Part shown: one piece after another, positions 26,971 to 35,400 of the stretch
Position numbering within the stretch: the first letter of the stretch is position 1
Layout: every line of letters starts with the position of its first letter
Assembly (NCBI GenBank): GCA_016650215.1
Contig: JAENWF010000033.1
Coordinates: forward strand, 1 to 57,561
Source: Thermoanaerobaculia bacterium
GTDB lineage: Bacteria > Acidobacteriota > Thermoanaerobaculia > Gp7-AA8
DNA: 57,561 bases
Reading direction: 5' to 3'
The notes under the pieces: model-generated
Seen by the model: the letters and a program-made list of their open reading frames with translations, nothing else
The model's database searches: none
What the model was told of the DNA's origin: nothing
Position numbers and translations under genes: made by a program

Positions 26971-27348
26971 ATGCGAAGAGCATCGTTTGCATTGGCAGTA
27001 ATTCTTCTCGCCGGAGCCTGCGGGTCCGCCGGTGGCATTCTCGGCGGCCTCGGCGGAATCCTCGGCAGTCCGTCGGCCGATCAACCCTCGGACGTTCGCG
27101 GCGTGGTCAGCGGAATCGACACGGGCGCGCAGCGCATCGACCTCGACGTCCAGTACGTGAACAACCTGCGCCAGAGCAGCTCGACGGGAGCGGTCTACTA
27201 CGACTCGCGCACCACGGTCGAGTATCAGGGGAACACGTACCGCGTCGAAGATCTCGAGCGTGGAGACGAGATCTCGGTCCGCGGCCACAACGACAGTAAC
27301 CGCTACGTCGCGGAAGTCATCACCGTGACGCGGAACGCGCGGAGCTGA
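26971..27348 (+). CDS. hypothetical lipoprotein (125 aa)
   Basis: ATG at 26971 follows AGGAGGA. Lipobox ILLAGAC. No family recognised. Confidence 0.65.
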   Translation: MRRASFALAVILLAGACGSAGGILGGLGGILGSPSADQPSDVRGVVSGIDTGAQRIDLDVQYVNNLRQSSSTGAVYYDSRTTVEYQGNTYRVEDLERGDEISVRGHNDSNRYVAEVITVTRNARS

Positions 27349-27363
27349 TCGTCATTTCGGCGA

Positions 27364-27399
27364 GTCATTCCGAGCGGCTAAACGCCGGCCCGGAATGAC
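27364..27399. repeat. short family-A-like hairpin between convergent genes (candidate terminator)
   Basis: GTCATTCCGAGCGGCTAAACGCCGGCCCGGAATGAC. It abuts the TAA of the minus-strand gene at 27400. Confidence 0.65.
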
Positions 27400-27918
27400 T
27401 TATCGGCGGTTGTCGCTGTTTCCCGTCGAGTAGACGGTCACAGGGAACTTCAGGCGTCCCACCGGCGTGTCGTACCACGCGTTGCCGCGGATCTCGTAGC
27501 GTGCGCGATCTCCGCGAATCAGGTCGGCGATCTCCGTGAAGAGCGTGCGGACCTGCTGATAGCCGAATCGTGTGCTGAGCCGGACGTCACCGTGACCGTT
27601 TGCGGGGATGTTGATCCGTTGCCGGCTGACGCCGTCGAGAATCCGCTGGTCGTTGATGAAAAGGTTGAAGTCGATCTGATCGAGTTTCAGCCCGACGCGG
27701 TTCGGGTTGTTGACCGCGATCGTGAAGTCGAGGTCGATGCTCGAGGACGAGAGCGGCAGCGCGATGTCGACTCGAGGCCGGATGTCGCGGATCGAGTAGC
27801 TCGGATTGACGATATCGAGCGTCTTCGCCAGCGAGCAACCGGTCAGGGCGACCGTCGCCAGGGCGAGCACGATGCAGAGGCCCGCGAGAACTGCTCCAAA
27901 GGTCAGTCGCTGTTTCAT
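27400..27918 (-). CDS. LEA_2 (WHy/late-embryogenesis-abundant type 2) domain lipoprotein
   Basis: Lipobox VALTGC. The pattern IDLDFTIAVNNPNRVGLKLDQIDFNLFINDQRI...ARYEIRGNAWYDTPVGRLKFP is typical of the LEA_2 domain. Start at ATG 27918. Confidence 0.75.
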   Translation of the reverse strand: MKQRLTFGAVLAGLCIVLALATVALTGCSLAKTLDIVNPSYSIRDIRPRVDIALPLSSSSIDLDFTIAVNNPNRVGLKLDQIDFNLFINDQRILDGVSRQRINIPANGHGDVRLSTRFGYQQVRTLFTEIADLIRGDRARYEIRGNAWYDTPVGRLKFPVTVYSTGNSDNRR

Positions 27919-27952
27919 GCTCGGGGACGGGTGCAAGGGGAGGGCCATTCGG

Positions 27953-28050
27953 GGCCGAGGGCCGAGGGAGGATCTGCGCGTCGCGTTTTGGGCACAACGT
28001 GTCCTGATCCGGTGCCTCACACTCGGCCCTTTGCTCTCAGCCCTCGGCCC
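27953..28050. repeat. inverted heptamer arrays (GGCCGAG type) flanking a spacer of about 50 bp
   Basis: Left units are GGCCGAG GGCCGAG GGAGGAT (27953-27973). Right units are CTCGGCC CTTTGCT CTCAGCC CTCGGCC (28023-28050), the reverse complement of the left unit. Confidence 0.75.
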
Positions 28051-28052
28051 TT

Positions 28053-28808
28053 ATGTTATGGTCTGCCGGTTGCACTCCCCATGACGACTATCGAGGTGAC
28101 GAATTGGCTGCAACCGCGATCATTGCGGCTTACAACGAAGAAGCGACCCTGGCCGAGGTTCTAACGGCTTTGAGCAGCAGCCCGCTCATCCACGAGATCA
28201 TCGTGGTCAGCGACGGCTCCACCGACCGCACGGTCGAGATCGCGCGCGGCTTCGATGTCACGACCATCGCATTGAAGGAAAATCGCGGCAAGGGCTATGC
28301 GATGCGCGTTGGCGTCGACTACGCGTCGAACGACGTCCTCTTCTTCGTCGATGGCGACATGTACAACGTCACCCAGCAGCACATTGACGATCTCATGCTG
28401 CCGGTCATGAACGGCGAATGCGACATGAACATCGGCGTGCGCCATCGCGGGCCGGTGCTCGATTTCATGCATCTGAAGTTGAAATGCGGGCCGGTGCTGT
28501 CGGGCATTCGCGTGATGCGGCGCAAGGTGTTCGAAACTGTGCCCCAGCAGTATCAGGAGCGCTTCAAGATCGAGGCAGCGCTCAACTGCTTCTGCGCGAA
28601 AGCTGGCTACCGGCAGCGCGAAACGATCATCTACAACCTCGGACACGTGATCAAAGAATCGAAGCGCGGCGTCAGGAGCGGACTCCTCAGCCGCTGGGAC
28701 ATGAGCCGCGAAGTGTTCCTGCTCCTCTTCGATCTCTACCTCTTCGAAACCTGGCGCTGGAACTCTCCGCAGGACGAGCCGGTCGCGGATTTCGATTTGT
28801 TCGAGTAG
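28053..28808 (+). CDS. glycosyltransferase family 2
   Basis: AIIAAYNEEATLAEVL, VVSDGSTDRT, ENRGKGYA and FFVDGDM are GT-A/GT2 motifs. The exact start is uncertain: ATG 28053 abuts the heptamer array. Confidence 0.82.
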   Translation: MLWSAGCTPHDDYRGDELAATAIIAAYNEEATLAEVLTALSSSPLIHEIIVVSDGSTDRTVEIARGFDVTTIALKENRGKGYAMRVGVDYASNDVLFFVDGDMYNVTQQHIDDLMLPVMNGECDMNIGVRHRGPVLDFMHLKLKCGPVLSGIRVMRRKVFETVPQQYQERFKIEAALNCFCAKAGYRQRETIIYNLGHVIKESKRGVRSGLLSRWDMSREVFLLLFDLYLFETWRWNSPQDEPVADFDLFE

Positions 28809-28815
28809 GCCCACA

Positions 28816-28850
28816 CATTCAACACTCAATGTTGAACGTTGAATGTTGAA
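28816..28850. repeat. abutting inverted heptamers, AT-rich (CATTCAA/TTGAATG type)
   Basis: CATTCAA CACTCAA | TGTTGAA CGTTGAA TGTTGAA. CATTCAAC pairs with GTTGAATG, and TTCAACA pairs with TGTTGAA. Confidence 0.7.
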
Positions 28851-28862
28851 GGTGTCGTCTGA

Positions 28863-29618
28863 ATGCGCGATCTCATCGACCGGACTTCTCCTTCCCTCGA
28901 ACCAAAGCAGCAGGTGGTGATGCATCAGAACTGGCATCACCTTCTGTTCCTGCATTGGGAGATTCCGGTCGCCGATCTTCAGAAGCTGGTGCCGCCCGGT
29001 TTGACGGTCGACACCTTCGATCGGAAAGCGTACGTAGGATTGATTCCGTTCACGATGACGGGCGTGCGGCCGGTGCTGATGCCGGCGCTGCCGGGCATCT
29101 CGAGTTTTCACGAGGTCAACGTTCGAACCTACGTGCATCGCAATGGCGCCGATCCGGGCGTCTGGTTTTTCAGTCTTGACGCCGCGAGCATGATCGCGGT
29201 CGAGGCAGCGCGCGCGGCGTACAAGCTTCCGTACTTTCAGTCGCGCATCGACCTCACAGTCGGCCGCGGAATGTTTCCGGAGATCGAGTTCACGAGTCAT
29301 CGCGAAGATCCGCGCGGCGCGATGCCGGCACACGCGCACATCCGCTACGCCGCGGTTGAAGGCCCCGTCGCACCGGCGAGGGAGAAAACCCTGGAGCACT
29401 TCCTCGTCGAGCGCTACATCCTTTACGCGAAGGATTCCGATCACGACCTCTACCGCGCGCGAGTCCATCACCAGCCGTACCCACTCCAGAAGGCCGATGT
29501 GCTGCAGCTCGACGAGACGCTCATCTGGGCCGCGGGTCTCCGTCGCTCCGACGCTGCGCCGATCCGCCACTACGCGCGCGAAGTGAACGTGAAGATCTAC
29601 GCGATCGAAAAGGTCTAG
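28863..29618 (+). CDS. DUF2071 (YqjF-like) domain protein
   Basis: QNWHHLLFLHWEIPVADLQKLVPPGLTVDTFDRKAYVGLIPFTM...SFHEVNVRTYV matches the DUF2071 pattern as I recall it. Confidence 0.75.
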   Translation: MRDLIDRTSPSLEPKQQVVMHQNWHHLLFLHWEIPVADLQKLVPPGLTVDTFDRKAYVGLIPFTMTGVRPVLMPALPGISSFHEVNVRTYVHRNGADPGVWFFSLDAASMIAVEAARAAYKLPYFQSRIDLTVGRGMFPEIEFTSHREDPRGAMPAHAHIRYAAVEGPVAPAREKTLEHFLVERYILYAKDSDHDLYRARVHHQPYPLQKADVLQLDETLIWAAGLRRSDAAPIRHYAREVNVKIYAIEKV

Positions 29619-29637
29619 CGGATCCTCACAACGGCTC

Positions 29638-31026
29638 TCAGATCCTGCCGTGGATGGACAGCGTCACCGCTCGACCCGGCGCCTGCGCGGCGTTTGCGTC
29701 GGACGAACCGGCATAGCGCTCGTCGAGGATGTTTCGTGCCGACAGCCTGAGATCGGCGCTCTCGTGGATCTTCCAGCCGGCGCCGAAGTCGATGACGGTG
29801 TGTGATGGACGCGCAGTCTCGACGGGTCCCGGACGATTGTCGGTGCCGAACCATGTCGCGCTCGTGAACACCGAACAGCGGCGGAGTGCCCATCGCAGCT
29901 CGAGATGACTCTTGAGCGGAGTGATGTCATCGAGCGCCTGGTCCCCGCTGTCCCCTCGCGCCGCACTGATGCTGCCTTGCATTGCGAGGTGACGTCCCAG
30001 CGGTGTCGCGAGCTCGAGCTCGACTCCGCGGATCTCCGCTTCACCGCGGTTGCGAAATGCGAAGTCGGTTCCGGACGCATAACGTTCGACGAGGTCATGA
30101 ATCCGATACTCGTACGCGAAGAACGCGATGGATCGCTGACCGCGCTGCCATCGAGCGGCATAGTCGCCCTGGAAACTTCGCTCCGGCTCGAGGTCCGGAT
30201 TTCCGACGACGAACCCGCGGCCGCTCACTCCGCGAAAGTAGCGGTCGGAGAGCGTCGGCTCGCGGAATCCGCTGCCGAGTTGCAGCGTCGTGCTGAACGC
30301 GCCAGCGGCCCATGTAAGTGCGGCGTGACCGGAGACCGCCTGATCCGATCGCGACCTGTTGCCGAAGGAACCACCTGCGTTGCGGACCCTCAGCGCGTCG
30401 ACGCGAGCACCGCCGCTGAACGTGAGCGCCGGGGTCAAGGGAAGGTCGGCGATGGCGAAGACTCCGATGTCGTGACGCGAGGCCTCACCAATGGAGACTT
30501 CATCGCGCCGCGTGAGTATTTTGTCCTGGGCGTCGAAGGCGATGATCGATCCGAGCGCGTGGACGTCAAAACGGCTCGTGACATCAACACCGGTGTGGAA
30601 CAAGGCGTTTGCCGTGGGCGTCTCCGCCGTCATCCGGAGCGATGCGTCTTTTGCCGTGACGTCAGCACTGGAGATCTGCCTTCGTGTGGTGGCATTGGGC
30701 AGCCGCTCACGACGAGTGATGATGTCGTACGTGCTCACGGCCGCGCGCAATTCGATCCGCGTAGCCCCAATCCCCTGGTCTACGCCGACCGTCAACCGAT
30801 TCGCATCCTCCTCGGGGTAGTACGTTCGCGTCACGTTCGAGTCGGCGCCGGGGGCTCCGATGTCACGGCCCCGATCGACGGAGACGGCGGCGCGTACGAC
30901 GGCGCTGCGGACTGGGAGTACCAGGCGGAACGCGCCTCCGGTGCCACTGAACTGTGAGTTCGCGATTGGCACTCCGCCACCGCCTCCTGGCTGGGACGTC
31001 GACGACATCGTCGTCACAGGACTCAC
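29638..31026 (-). pseudogene. TonB-dependent receptor, C-terminal beta-barrel only (no signal peptide or plug)
   Basis: Barrel blocks TDFAFRNRGEAEIRGVELELA and the C-terminal NILDERYAGSS...PGRAVTLSIHGRI. The in-frame stop lies only 66 nt upstream of the GTG at 31026, and there is no room for a plug before the neighbouring gene. Confidence 0.6.
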
Positions 31027-31104
31027 GGATACTCCGTTCGCAGGCTTGATCGGCGAAACGGGAGTTTGCGCTCCATAACGTCCGCGTTTTCAGCGTTCAA
31101 CAAG

Positions 31105-31140
31105 AGGGGCTTCGCATCTGCGAAGCCCCTTTTTCTTTTT
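31105..31140 (+). terminator. strong intrinsic terminator (12-bp stem plus T-tract) with no plus-strand gene to terminate
   Basis: AGGGGCTTCGCA-TC-TGCGAAGCCCCT followed by TTTTCTTTTT. Confidence 0.7.
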
Positions 31141-31257
31141 GCGGCGTCCCACCTTTGATCCCTCTCCCGTCGCATTCGACTTCGGCGTCTGTAGACTGTG
31201 CAGCCAGGTCAAGCTCGTGGGGCGATACGGCCTGTCGAGCGGATACAAGGAGAACTC

Positions 31258-32112
31258 GTGAACCTCGTCGTCGGATCGACTGGATTGCTGGGACGGATGA
31301 TCACCCTCGGTCTCCTCGAACGCGGGCTGCCCGTTCGATCACTGTTGCGCGGAGACGCTTCTATTGCGGGAGTCGAAAGCGTTCGCGGGGACTTGAAGGA
31401 TCCTTCCTCACTCGAGAAGGCGATGCATGGCATCACGACCGTCATCACGTCGGCCACCTCGGCGCAGCGCGGTGGCGACGACAATGTCAGCTCGGTCGAC
31501 GATGCCGGGAATCGCAGTCTCATCGACGCTGCGAAGCGGGCGGGCGTCAGCCGCTTCATCTTCATCTCCGCGGCCGCGGTCGATGAAGCCAGCCCGGTTC
31601 CGCTCTTCGCAGCGAAAGCGCGAGTCGAGAAGCACCTGCGCGACAGCGGGATGGAATGGACGATCGTCGCTCCTCACGCATTCATGGATGTCTGGTTTCC
31701 GCTGCTCATCGGCAGCGCGATCGGTTCAGGACAACCGGTTTCTCTCATCGGAGGGGGAAAGCGGCGGCATTCGTTCATTGCCGTCGAGGATGTCGCGCGG
31801 TTTGCGGTCGCGGCGGTCGGGAATCCGGCTGCCAGGAATCTGAGGATCGTGATCGGCGGTCCGGAGGCGCTCTCGTTTCAAGATGTCGTTCGCCAGAGCT
31901 CTGAGATTCTCCGTCGGGAAATACCCACGCGCGTGATCGAGCCAGGCGAGCCCATCCCGCATCTCCCCCCGCCTCTGAACCAGGTGATCGGCCAGCTCGC
32001 CGCCGGACTCGAACAGCAGGACGTCATTCTCGACACGCAAGCGACTGCCAGAACGTTCGGAATAACGTTGACGCCCGCCGCGACGGTGCTCCGGCGGATG
32101 TTCGCCGGCTGA
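31258..32112 (+). CDS. NmrA-like / atypical SDR NAD(P)-binding protein
   Basis: VNLVVGSTGLLGRMI (GxxGxxG), RFIFISAA, WTIVAPHAFMD. GTG at 31258 follows AAGGAG. Confidence 0.8.
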   Translation: MNLVVGSTGLLGRMITLGLLERGLPVRSLLRGDASIAGVESVRGDLKDPSSLEKAMHGITTVITSATSAQRGGDDNVSSVDDAGNRSLIDAAKRAGVSRFIFISAAAVDEASPVPLFAAKARVEKHLRDSGMEWTIVAPHAFMDVWFPLLIGSAIGSGQPVSLIGGGKRRHSFIAVEDVARFAVAAVGNPAARNLRIVIGGPEALSFQDVVRQSSEILRREIPTRVIEPGEPIPHLPPPLNQVIGQLAAGLEQQDVILDTQATARTFGITLTPAATVLRRMFAG

Positions 32113-32118
32113 TTACCC

Positions 32119-32167
32119 AGGACTGGGTGCTGAGTGCTGAGTGCTGAGGACTGAGGACTGAGTGAGT
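32119..32167. repeat. heptamer tandem array, left arm (AGGACTG / AGTGCTG units, 7 units)
   Basis: AGGACTG GGTGCTG AGTGCTG AGTGCTG AGGACTG AGGACTG AGTGAGT. Confidence 0.9.
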
Positions 32168-32189
32168 CCTCGTCGAGCCGGGCATTCAT

Positions 32190-32281
32190 GTCATCCCGAG
32201 CGAAGCGAGGGATCCCCCGCGTCCGGGCGATGTTCGCATTAGCGCGGGGGGTCCTTCGCCGTCTTCGCGGCTCAGGATGAC
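32190..32281. repeat. family-A palindromic element (92 bp), homologous to 12887..12980
   Basis: GTCATCCCGAGCGAAGCGAGGGATCCCCCGCGTCCGGGCGATGTTCGCATTAGCGCGGGGGGTCCTTCGCCGTCTTCGCGGCTCAGGATGAC. Confidence 0.88.
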
Positions 32282-32305
32282 AAGAGCCTTGGGCGATGCT
32301 TGACT

Positions 32306-32368
32306 CAGTCCTCAGCACTCAGTCCTCAGTCCTCAGCACTCAGCACTCAGCACTCAGTCCTCAGTCCT
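32306..32368. repeat. heptamer tandem array, right arm (CAGTCCT / CAGCACT units, 9 units), reverse complement of 32119..32167
   Basis: CAGTCCT CAGCACT CAGTCCT CAGTCCT CAGCACT CAGCACT CAGCACT CAGTCCT CAGTCCT. Units 3-8 are complementary to left units 1-6 (42 bp, 1 mismatch). Confidence 0.9.
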
Positions 32369-32426
32369 TAATCCCGCCACAACCTTTCCTCATTTGACGT
32401 CAAGCGCGCGTCATAGACTTGCTTTC

Positions 32427-35400
32427 ATGAAGCGTTTCTTTTTTCCTGCGCTCTTTCTGATTGCCACGTATGCATCGGCGGCGAACACGCTCCGCGTTAC
32501 GACCGCAGGCCCTGTCGGCGAAGTCGCCACGCTGCGCGAGGCGAACGAGGTGCGAGTCGTCTTCTCCGAGCCGATGGTCGCGCTCGGAAAGATTCCTGAG
32601 CCGGTCACGGCGCCGTTCTTACGGATCGATCCGCCGGTCGCGGGAACGTTCCGGTGGTCCGGGACGACGACGCTGATCTTCACGCCGAAAGCGCCGCTGC
32701 CATTCTCGAAACGCTTCGAGGTCACAGTCGATGCGAGCGCAAAGTCCGTCGCCGGAAACACGCTCGACCGCGTTTACCGCTTCGCGTTCATGACGCCTTC
32801 GATTCGTCTGACGAGCACCGAGTGGTATCGCAAGGGCGGCCGCGCGGACGCGCCGGTCATCATTGCGCTCCGTTTCAATCAGCCGGTTGATGTCGCGGCG
32901 ATCGTCCAGCATCTGCAGCTTCGCACGGCCGCGCACGACGTGCAGGTGCCGCAGATCATGGCCCCTGCGAAGGCGGGCGCCGATTTCAGTGCAAAGCAGG
33001 CGCGCGCGGTCGCGGCAGGCGCGGCCGGCGGCGTCAACGTTTTTGCGAATCTCGCACAGCAATGGGACAAGGAACGTTTCCCTCCCGCGAACGATCTAGT
33101 CGTACTCGAGACGAAGCCCGGAATCGTGTCGGACACATGGATCGAAGTACTACTCGACGACAAGCTCGCCGGCCGTTCGCAGCAGTACACCGTCCAGCTC
33201 GAGCCGATGTTCTTCGTCAACGGAATGGGATGCCGCTACGAATGCGATCCCGATTCTTCGAATCCGATCGACTTTCGCTCGATGGGAGGAGTTCGCTTCG
33301 ATGACGTGAGCAAGGTCGTCACAGTCACCGACATCACCGATCCCGCGAAAGAAGTGAAGCTGATCCCGAAGACTCAACCGCGCGAGTACGACTACCCATC
33401 GACCTCCTACACGCTCGACGAGCTCGGTTACACAACTCAGCCTGCGCGAACGTACCGCGTGCGAGTCGAACCGTCGCTCCCCTCGATCGATGGACAGCGT
33501 CTCGACTACGTCTGGACAGGGGTAGTCGAGTACTGGCACCGCACCGCGTTCATCAGCTTCGGGGACGGCCACGGCGTGTGGGAATCATCCGGCGGATCGA
33601 TTCTCCCGTTCCACGCGCGCAATGTCCGCAGCGTTCAGCAGTGGCTCGCCCCACTCTCGCTGGACGAGCTCGTTCCCACGATTGTGGCGCTGCAGAACAA
33701 CGGTTACCGCTCCGCGCCGCCGAAGACCCAGCCGAAATCGCGGGCGCTGGAGGTCGTTCCCGACAAGACGCAGTCAATCGGCCTCGACATCGCCCCGGCG
33801 ATCGGAAGCGACAACAAAGGTCTTCTCTGGGCCGCGATGAAGCCGGCAAACCCGATCGCGAAGTCACGCCTCAACGATCCGTCGACGCGTGCCTCGATCG
33901 TCCAGGCGACGAACCTCGGCATCAGCGTCAAAGACAGCCCGCTCAACACACTCGTTCTCGTTACTCGTCTTGACGACGGCGCGCCGGTCGCCGCCGCGAA
34001 CGTCACGATCCGAACTGTCGACAACAAAGTCTTCTGGAGCGGAACGACCGACGCGCACGGCATCGCAATCGCCGAAGGAACGCGCCTTCGCATCAAAAAG
34101 CGCGACAAACCGCAGAAGCCGGCCGCTCCAAACATGATGCAGGAGGATCAGTCGGACTACGAGTGGTGGCGCGTCTTCAACGACCTTCACTTCGTCGTCA
34201 CCGCCGAGAAAGACGGCGACATCGCCTACGTCGGCAGCGACTGGAACGAAGGGATCACTCCATGGGAGTTCAACGCGAACTTCACTCCCGACGAGGCTCT
34301 CCCGCTGCTGCGCGGCACGATCTTCACCGACCGCGGCGTCTACAAGCTCGGTGAGGAAGTGAACGCGAAACTCGTTGTCCGCAGCGACACGCCGACCGGT
34401 ATGCAGCTTCTGCCATCCGGCACGAAGATCAGCGTCGCGCTGCGCGACAGCCAGAACAAGGAGATCGCTAAAAAAGAGCTTTCCCTCAACGACTGGAGCA
34501 GCAGCGAATGGCAGTTTCGCGTCCCCGCCGACGCACCGCTCGGGACGTGGACGATGTTCGCGCGCATCGAAGGGCAGGAGCGCCAGATCAACGGTGACTT
34601 TCTTGTCGCCGCCTATCGGCGTCCCGACTTTCGCGTCGACGTCACGCTCGACGCCCCGACCTCGATCGCCGGAACCAATGTCACCGGACGCACCGCCGGC
34701 CGCTATCTCTACGGCGGCGCGATGGCGAACCGCGATGCGCGATGGACCTGGTCGAAAATGCCTTCGTGGGACGTCCCGCAATCAATCCGCGAACGCTGGC
34801 CCGCCGACCGTTACACCTTCCTCGGCTGGGACGACGACCGTCCGTCGGATCGAGTCACCGTCACATCCGAAGAGCCGGAGCTCGATGCGCAGGGGAATCT
34901 CACGCTCACTCTTCCGACCGAGAAGTCGGACGGTTGGCCCTACGACTATCGTCTCGAAACCGAAGTGACGGACGTGACGCGGCAACGCATCGCGAACCGC
35001 GCGACGTTCCGCGTCGACCCGGCCCCGTGGTACATCGGCGTGAAGACGCCGCCGTATTTTGGGGAAGCGAAAAACGGCATCGACACGGAGATCGTCGCGG
35101 CAGGAGTCGACGGACTCGGTGTCGCCGGCGTGCGCGTTCAGGTCTCGCTTCTGAAAGTTCAGTACAACAGTGTTCGCCGCGCATCGGGCAACGGCTTCTA
35201 CGAATGGGAAACCGAGCGGAAAGACGTGCCGTCGGGCGAGTGGACGATCACGACGCAGTCGCAGCCAGTCCCGCTCCGCATTCCGATCGCCGAAGGTGGG
35301 CAGTATCGGCTCATTGCGACGGCGAACGATGGTGATGGGCGCACGACCACGACACGCCTCTGGTTCTACGCGAGTGGTCCCGGCTATTCGGCGTGGGAAC

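Noticed and set aside
28161-29570. 469-aa minus-strand ORF
   Set aside because: It is antisense to the GT2 and DUF2071 genes, its Arg/His-rich translation has no motifs, and it crosses an intergenic repeat.
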